Below, one piece after another: positions 57,880 to 64,000 of a DNA stretch of 64,000 nucleotides. The stretch's first letter is position 1. Each line of letters begins with the position of its first letter. Below the pieces are notes generated by a model that saw only the letters and a list, made by a program, of their open reading frames with translations, made no database searches and was not told the origin of the DNA. The position numbers and the translations under genes were made by a program. The stretch spans positions 32,001 through 96,000 of the forward strand of contig CAXXMR010000012.1 in NCBI GenBank assembly GCA_963663805.2, in the 5' to 3' direction. This DNA comes from Sedimentisphaerales bacterium (GTDB taxonomy: Bacteria; Planctomycetota; Phycisphaerae; Sedimentisphaerales; SM23-30).

Positions 57880-59052
57880 TCAGGTTAGTTGTTTATATAG
57901 TTTGATGAGTTGTTTTACGTGGCGGGTCATGGAGACTTCTTCACGTATTTTTTTATTCTTGATGGATTCGGCCATCTTTTGTTGGCGCTGCCGGTCGCAT
58001 AATGTCAGGAGTGCGGAGGCGAGTTCCCCGGCGTCGCCGCACTTTTCGAGTATTATACCGAATTGGCCCTCGTCGAGGAAATCGGCGGCACCGTTATATC
58101 TTGTGGTTATTCCAGGACACCCGGCGGCCAGGCCTTCCATTATTGTTCGGGAGCAGGCATCGTTATATGTGGGCAGGACCATTGCATCGGCCATTGTCGC
58201 CAGGGCCGGGACTTTACTGGTTGGGCCATTAAAAATCACTTTATCGGTAAGGTCCAAGCGGTCGGCCAGGGCATAATAATCTGAATAATCCTCTGAGCCT
58301 ATTACTAAAATCCGAAAATCTCTCAGGTTATCCGAGCGGTTATTTTGGGCCCGGTGAGCAGCTTCGATAAGAGTTTTAAGCCCTTTCAGTCGGAAGTTCT
58401 GGGAGATGAACAGAAATATCGCTAATTCGTTTTGAGGGTCGTATCGACGGCGGAGCTTTTTGGCCTCGTCGCTGACCTGTGTATCGTTGAAGGGGCGGAT
58501 GTCGATGCCGTTTCGTATTACCGTAACTCTCTCGGCTCCCAGGCCATGGTGTTTTTGGAACTGTTGTTTAACGTAATTACTCAGCGCCACGATATGTGGT
58601 CCATCCGGGTAGCGACACAAAATCATTTCGCTGTCAATCCTTGCCGCCCTGCCGAAATTAAAATTAGCGGCCAGTCGTTTGAGCTTTGCCGCCAAGCCAT
58701 CGCCTAAAACTTCGGCATGGCGTATGCTGCTGTACAATATGCTCCCTCCCCGCGGCTGGTATATATCTGCCCATACTATCGGCGTCATACTGTGCGAAAT
58801 GTCAAAATCGCTTGATTGGAGGTATTGCCTTATCGCCCGTTCGAAATTTCGCCACCAGCCGGCGCGGGTTTTTGCCTTTACAGGGACTTCGTGGAACTTC
58901 AGGGGTGATTCGTTTGGGGGCCGGTTAATCCTGCCGGCGACGATAGTAACGTCCATGCCCTGGCGGGTTAGCTCGCAGGCCATCTCGTAGGTTGAACGTT
59001 CCAGGCCGCCGCGTTCGATGTCGAATCGTTCCAGTATTAAGGCTATTTTCAT
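57880..59052 (-). CDS. GT4 glycosyltransferase, WaaG/RfaG-like
   Basis: GGLER, NGID, NFRLKGL and PTYNDACS..IMEGLAAG; LPS core context. Confidence 0.85.
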   Translation of the reverse strand: MKIALILERFDIERGGLERSTYEMACELTRQGMDVTIVAGRINRPPNESPLKFHEVPVKAKTRAGWWRNFERAIRQYLQSSDFDISHSMTPIVWADIYQPRGGSILYSSIRHAEVLGDGLAAKLKRLAANFNFGRAARIDSEMILCRYPDGPHIVALSNYVKQQFQKHHGLGAERVTVIRNGIDIRPFNDTQVSDEAKKLRRRYDPQNELAIFLFISQNFRLKGLKTLIEAAHRAQNNRSDNLRDFRILVIGSEDYSDYYALADRLDLTDKVIFNGPTSKVPALATMADAMVLPTYNDACSRTIMEGLAAGCPGITTRYNGAADFLDEGQFGIILEKCGDAGELASALLTLCDRQRQQKMAESIKNKKIREEVSMTRHVKQLIKLYKQLT

Positions 59053-60980
59053 TTTGGTTCTCGGGTGAATCTGATTTCTCGGCGTTGGTCGTGGCGGCTG
59101 ATGCGGTTGGCTTTGGTTGTTATGGCCCGGATGAAATTTTTCTGGGGCGTGGTTAGTTTTTTAACTTCAAAATATTCGTGGAGAAACCGTGTCATCTCTT
59201 TGGGGGTGAACAGGTCGCGGGCGGAATAATACAGCTGGGCGAGGTCTTTTATCTGCCAGCGTCGTTTAAAGATTTTTGGTTGGAAAACCCGCTGTAAATC
59301 TATGAGTGATAATCTTTCCTGGCCTTTACTGTCGCGGCAGAGGAAAATATGGCAGAGGTAGAAATCACGGTGGAATAATCCTGCCAGGTGCATTTTTCGG
59401 GCGAGTGTCGCCAGGTTGTTTATCAGTTTTTTTCGGTCGGTTAGCATTTTGTATTCATGGCTTTGGCTTTTTAGCAGGCGGTCGAGGGCCTCGGCGTGTG
59501 GTAGTTCTTCCAGAATGGCGAAGCTGCGTTGTTCGAAGAGTCGGGAGTGTTTTTGGCCAAAAGCTATTGGGCGGGCTACTTCTATTCCTTTTTGGGCTAA
59601 TTCGAGCGAGCCGGCGAAATCGTAGAGGCCCGCGGCGGCGTTGGTGCGTCTGGAGATATAACGTCGCAGTAATTTAGCGAAAGGCTCGCGGCCATAACGT
59701 TTGATGTAAATCACTTTGCCGTTTTGGAGTTTTGCGCGTATGCGTCGGCGTGTGCCGAGGCCGGGTTTGGTTAAAAATTCACCGCCGGTGAAGTTGAATA
59801 TGCCGGAGAGCGAATCCAGACCGGTTTTCAGGAGTTCGTCTTTATAATCGTCATGCACCAATCCGCTGTTGTCTGGCAAAATAGAGTAATTTTCGTTGTA
59901 GACTTCAAAATAATCTTCGGTCGGAGTGGTTTGGGTTTTATCGCCTTGCAGTTTCTTAATCGCGAGGGCGTGGACATCATCGACGGTAATTTTTTTGAGG
60001 CATCGATGATTTGTTGAGCATGTTTTTTGCTGACATGGTCCGCAATCGACATTTACTCGTAATCGTGTTTCACCGGCATAACCTGTTGCTGTCCAGCGGG
60101 GGTCGGTTGGGCCGAACAGCGTTATCAGGGGCACAGTGAAAGAGGCGGCGATATGACAAGGTCCGGTGTCGTTGGCAATCATAAGATTGGCACGACGGAT
60201 AATCTCCTTGAGCATACCTAATGATAATTTTTCGTCGGCAAGACTAACGGCTTTGTGCCGCATAGTAGATTTTATCTGGTCGGCGATGCTTTTTTCGGCG
60301 GGCGAACAGGAAATCAGAACCTGACAATTTTGCTGGTCGATGAGTTTGTCGGCGAGTTGGCAGAATCTTTCGGCGGGCCATAATTTACTGGGGCCGAACG
60401 CGCCGCCGGGGACGAGTATGACAAGCGGCTTTGTATTGTCAACTTCCAGTCGGGTTAGCAACCGGTCTGTTTCCTGCCGGTCGTTGGGGCTGGTGAACAG
60501 TTCCATTGGGCCGGTGTCGGTTATTTTTTGGCCTTTGAAATACTCCAGGGCGGTATCGGCCAGGCGTTCGTAATATTTGAGCATGGAAATTACGGCGGGT
60601 CGGCCATTTATTTTCAGAACGGGGAGGGCACGGTTCAGGAGCAAGCCGCGGCCATCACGATTATAGCCGATAGTACGCTTGATTTTTGCCCGGCGAATCA
60701 GCAGGGCTGAGCGAAAAGAATTTGTAAACAGTATGGCACCGCCAAAATTATGGGTGCGTAACTTTGATATAAGTTCGCCTGATTTTTTCTTGTCCCACAA
60801 AATAAAATCATCGGCCCAGGGGCAGCCAGATAGAATTTCCTTAACTGTTGGATTAGCGAGAAAGGTGATACGTTTATGGGGCAGGGCCAAGCGGAGTTTG
60901 CGCAAAGCCGTGGTTGCGAGTATGGCGTCCCCCATGGGGGTGGGTAGCGCTACCAGAATATTTCCGCTGTCATTATTCAT
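59049..60980 (-). CDS. waaF: Heptosyltransferase II (GT9) fused to a WaaP/InaA-family LPS kinase
   Basis: MGDAI, NSFRSA, PGGAFGPSKLWP, NDTGPCHIA and FGPT, then YIKRY, HRDFYLCHI, LIDLQR and KDLAQL. Confidence 0.88.
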   Translation of the reverse strand: MNNDSGNILVALPTPMGDAILATTALRKLRLALPHKRITFLANPTVKEILSGCPWADDFILWDKKKSGELISKLRTHNFGGAILFTNSFRSALLIRRAKIKRTIGYNRDGRGLLLNRALPVLKINGRPAVISMLKYYERLADTALEYFKGQKITDTGPMELFTSPNDRQETDRLLTRLEVDNTKPLVILVPGGAFGPSKLWPAERFCQLADKLIDQQNCQVLISCSPAEKSIADQIKSTMRHKAVSLADEKLSLGMLKEIIRRANLMIANDTGPCHIAASFTVPLITLFGPTDPRWTATGYAGETRLRVNVDCGPCQQKTCSTNHRCLKKITVDDVHALAIKKLQGDKTQTTPTEDYFEVYNENYSILPDNSGLVHDDYKDELLKTGLDSLSGIFNFTGGEFLTKPGLGTRRRIRAKLQNGKVIYIKRYGREPFAKLLRRYISRRTNAAAGLYDFAGSLELAQKGIEVARPIAFGQKHSRLFEQRSFAILEELPHAEALDRLLKSQSHEYKMLTDRKKLINNLATLARKMHLAGLFHRDFYLCHIFLCRDSKGQERLSLIDLQRVFQPKIFKRRWQIKDLAQLYYSARDLFTPKEMTRFLHEYFEVKKLTTPQKNFIRAITTKANRISRHDQRREIRFTREPK

Positions 60981-61018
60981 ATTGAGGATTCAGAACCGGA
61001 ATTCATGATGCCTGCCGG

Positions 61019-62026
61019 TTACTGGTTTCGGTGCATCATCAGCAGGGTGAGTGTCATGGTCTGGAAGACCGCGGCGAGCATTAAAGATGTGTGGACGGAC
61101 TGGATTTTGGCTTCGGGGTCGGACCAGAAATAAAACGCCAGGCCCAGGCAAAGCAGGACTATCATCTGGACAATTCCGGCGAACAGTTTCGGCAGTGAAA
61201 ATTCCGTGAAGCTATGCTGGCGATTCTGAACCTGAAGCTCTCTTAATATCTGACGCAGTAAATCGGCACTTTCTTTTGCGCGTTTGGCACGTTTTTTAGG
61301 CTGAGGCTCATCTGCCGCCCCGTTATTTACCAGTTTAGCTTTAACCGCAACTTCTTCTGTCGATTCAAGCGCTGAAATTTCGTCATTCATTACAGGTTCA
61401 CTTTCCGATTCAGTTTCTGGTTCGGGCTCAACTATTGCTTCAATCTTATTAACCGTCGCGTTTTCCTTACTGTAGCGGACTACAAGATTGGCGGCTTCTT
61501 TGAGATTAACGGCTTTGTAGTCGGGGACGGCACTGCCCCGCCGCACGAGCGCTGAACTGCCTGGGGTTTCGATAAGAACGGTGCGGCAGCCAGCCCGCTG
61601 CCCGGCCATAATATCGCGGTCGTCATCGCCTATCATCCAACTGTGCTGCAAATCGAGGTCAAGTTCCTCCGCCGCCAGCAGCAGCATACCGGGTTCGGGT
61701 TTGCGGAGTTCACTTTCGCGTCGATATTTTTCGATGGCTCCTTCGGGATGGAAGGGGCAATAATAAATCTGGTCGAGAAAAACACCTTCGCGAGCGAGCA
61801 GGGCCTTCATGCGTCCGTGAATCTCACTGAGTTTGGCTTCGGTAATCATACCGCGGGCAACGGCAGACTGATTCGTGATGAGAACCAAAACGTAATCTCG
61901 TTCCCGCAACTGACGCAGGGACGCACCGGCATGAGGTGCCAGGCGGACCTGGTCGGGGTCTGTCAGGTAGTCATAATGTTCCAGTAGAGTTCCATCTCTA
62001 TCGAGAAATACCGCTCGGCGTGCCAT
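61019..62026 (-). CDS. gmhB: Heptose 1,7-bisphosphate phosphatase with C-terminal membrane extension
   Basis: FLDRDGT, TNQS, CPFHP, RKPEPG and MIGD, followed by an acidic linker and two hydrophobic helices. Confidence 0.88.
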   Translation of the reverse strand: MARRAVFLDRDGTLLEHYDYLTDPDQVRLAPHAGASLRQLRERDYVLVLITNQSAVARGMITEAKLSEIHGRMKALLAREGVFLDQIYYCPFHPEGAIEKYRRESELRKPEPGMLLLAAEELDLDLQHSWMIGDDDRDIMAGQRAGCRTVLIETPGSSALVRRGSAVPDYKAVNLKEAANLVVRYSKENATVNKIEAIVEPEPETESESEPVMNDEISALESTEEVAVKAKLVNNGAADEPQPKKRAKRAKESADLLRQILRELQVQNRQHSFTEFSLPKLFAGIVQMIVLLCLGLAFYFWSDPEAKIQSVHTSLMLAAVFQTMTLTLLMMHRNQ

Positions 62027-63552
62027 TATTCTTTTTCCAATATCTGCCCTGATGTTTTTTTGATAACCTGTTCAATTATGTTGGTGGTACTGCGGCCCTT
62101 GCTCAGAGGGACAAGCACAACCTCGCCGCCATGGTCCTCGACCCATTCCTGACCGACGACCGCACCTTGCCAGTCTGTCCCTTTTATGAGAACGTCCGGG
62201 GTGAGCATTTCGATTAATTTTATCGGCGTTTCCTCGTCGAACACGGTGACATAATCCACCGCCTCGAGTGCGGCGATCAAGGCGGCCCGGTCCTGCTCTT
62301 TCAATATTGGGCGAGATTCGCCTTTCAGTTGCCGCACCGAACGGTCGCTATTGATTGCCACGACCAGGACATCGCCCTGCTCTCGTGCAAAGCTCAGGAG
62401 TTTGATATGGCCGGGATGGAGTAAATCGAAACAGCCGTTGGTGAATACCACTTTCATACCCTGCTGTTTGTAGGACTGTACCTCGCGCAGCAGGGATTGA
62501 TGGTCACGAATTTTGCCTTTTTCGCTGCGATTCTCACGCAGTAAGTCTGTTACGATTTCATCTCGTGAAATGCCCACACTGCCGAACCGTTCGACCTCCA
62601 GTCCGCCGGCGACGTTTGCCAATCGGACCGCTTCGCTTAACGTGGGAGTGTCCTGGGATTTTTGGGCACCGCCGATTATCAGGCCGAGCATGGCAAGTAC
62701 CATATCGCCGGCACCGGTAACATCATAAACACTGCGGGCACGGGTGGGGACGAGCTCACTTTTGACATCCGGGTTGCGGCTGAAAACATAAGCGCCCTGC
62801 ATATCCAGAGTAACTACGACATTTTCGATGTCATATTTTTCGCTGAGTTGGCGGGCGGCCTGGGCGGCAGTAGATTCGTCTTTAACTTCGATGCTGGTTG
62901 CCAGAGAAAGTTCGCGGCGATTTGGTTTAATGAGCCAGACTCCGCGATACCTTTGGTAATTTGTGGTGGAGGCGGGGTCGACGATGACTTTTTTGTTGGC
63001 CTGTTTCGCAGCGGCGATTACCTTCGGGCTGAATTCCTCGCTCAGCACGCCCTTATTATAATCTTCGAGGCAAACCACGTCGCAGTCTTTCAATTCCGCC
63101 GTAACATAATTCAGTAGTCTTTGCTGAGTGTCACTGTTTATATCTCCGGTTGATTCTTCATCTATTCTCATCAACTGCTGGCGGTGGCGGTGCTGAGCCA
63201 AACCGATTATTCGCTGTTTGGAGGTGGTAGGTCTGTCTTTTACTGAAATCAGACCGGAGACTTCGACCTCTTCCAGTTCGTTCAGCATACCGCGGAGTTT
63301 ATCGCCAGTCGCGTCATCGCCCAGTACTCCGACACATTTGGTCGGGACTTTTAAGGTGGCAAGATGCATGGCGACAGAACCGGCACCGCCGGGGCGTTCC
63401 TCACGGCCACATACGTTCAGGACCACCACAGGGGCTTCGGGCGAAATGCGGTCGATATTGCCGAGCAGATAATGGTCCAGCATGAAATCGCCCACCAGCA
63501 TGACCCGCGGATGACCAATGTGATTTAATATTCTTAATAATCGCTCAAACAT
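62026..63552 (-). CDS. hldE: Bifunctional heptose 7-phosphate kinase/heptose 1-phosphate adenylyltransferase
   Basis: RISPEAPV, DYNKG, DVTGAGD, FTNGCFDLLHPGH and STT. Confidence 0.96.
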   Translation of the reverse strand: MFERLLRILNHIGHPRVMLVGDFMLDHYLLGNIDRISPEAPVVVLNVCGREERPGGAGSVAMHLATLKVPTKCVGVLGDDATGDKLRGMLNELEEVEVSGLISVKDRPTTSKQRIIGLAQHRHRQQLMRIDEESTGDINSDTQQRLLNYVTAELKDCDVVCLEDYNKGVLSEEFSPKVIAAAKQANKKVIVDPASTTNYQRYRGVWLIKPNRRELSLATSIEVKDESTAAQAARQLSEKYDIENVVVTLDMQGAYVFSRNPDVKSELVPTRARSVYDVTGAGDMVLAMLGLIIGGAQKSQDTPTLSEAVRLANVAGGLEVERFGSVGISRDEIVTDLLRENRSEKGKIRDHQSLLREVQSYKQQGMKVVFTNGCFDLLHPGHIKLLSFAREQGDVLVVAINSDRSVRQLKGESRPILKEQDRAALIAALEAVDYVTVFDEETPIKLIEMLTPDVLIKGTDWQGAVVGQEWVEDHGGEVVLVPLSKGRSTTNIIEQVIKKTSGQILEKE

Positions 63553-63555
63553 TTT

Positions 63556-64000
63556 TTAACTTTCCAGCAAATGAAGTATCCACATCCGCAAAAGCGGCAG
63601 GTTGATTTCATGATGGCCCGTAACCGAGAAACTCCTGCCCTTTTGCACAGGTCTATCGAGGACATTTTGACGGACGCGGTACTGGTTCATCATATCGAGG
63701 TTGGCGGTGTACATTTCGTCGAGGTTGACGCCCATGTTTCTTGCTACCGAAACGGCTTTGAGGAAGACTTCGGGGAGGATTACGGCTGAGCCGATGTTGA
63801 CCCAGACTCCGCCGCCTGATAGGTCCGCGACGGCGGCACAAATTCGGCGAAAATCTATGAGGGACGCCTGGCCTATATCGGCACCGCAGGCCTGGGGGTG
63901 CATGTGTACGGTATCGGTTCCGACGGCAACGTGCATAGTGGCAAGTTTATCATATTTATCTACAGCGGCGAGTAAACTGGAATCTCGCTGGGGCAATTCG
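63556..64000 (-). CDS. Conserved hypothetical protein, C-terminal part (deoxyhypusine-synthase-like family by recollection); 5' end outside the window
   Basis: HVAVGTD..HMHP, NIGSAVILPEVFLKA and GHHEINLPLL; 3 bp from hldE. Confidence 0.6.
   Translation of the reverse strand, partial: ELPQRDSSLLAAVDKYDKLATMHVAVGTDTVHMHPQACGADIGQASLIDFRRICAAVADLSGGGVWVNIGSAVILPEVFLKAVSVARNMGVNLDEMYTANLDMMNQYRVRQNVLDRPVQKGRSFSVTGHHEINLPLLRMWILHLLES

Overview
Bacterial chromosomal window, most likely a planctomycete of the Phycisphaerae/Sedimentisphaerales type. This is inferred from the dockerin-like and PEP-CTERM surface proteins, the ECF/anti-sigma/PDZ trio and the gene repertoire. Content in order: IS66 and IS4 elements; citramalate synthase with an isoleucine-rich leader peptide and attenuator; glycogen phosphorylase; ribE-pdxA-rsmA; zwf; two PocR sensor kinases around galM; a 1520-aa repeat/LRR surface protein; an archaeal-type thymidylate synthase; a partial T2SS/T4P cluster; asmA-like, ispG, ribF, nrnA; a deleted IS110/IS1111 remnant; hisD-hisC-hisB; a cytochrome-c-fused cytochrome bd-like pair; tRNA-Leu; a heme-c sensor kinase; an ECF sigma module; and an ADP-heptose/LPS core cluster. 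Most striking observations: (1) the IS110 remnant keeps a non-coding end in which bridge-RNA-like guide segments can be read that match its own insertion site, a dispersed host repeat; (2) a complete Ile attenuator on cimA; (3) an unannotated promoter-to-terminator small RNA after tRNA-Leu; (4) a heptamer repeat module that supplies nearly the same C-terminal peptide and stop codon to two unrelated genes. Several single-base frameshifts in short homopolymers may be assembly errors. All calls are by eye; no searches were run.
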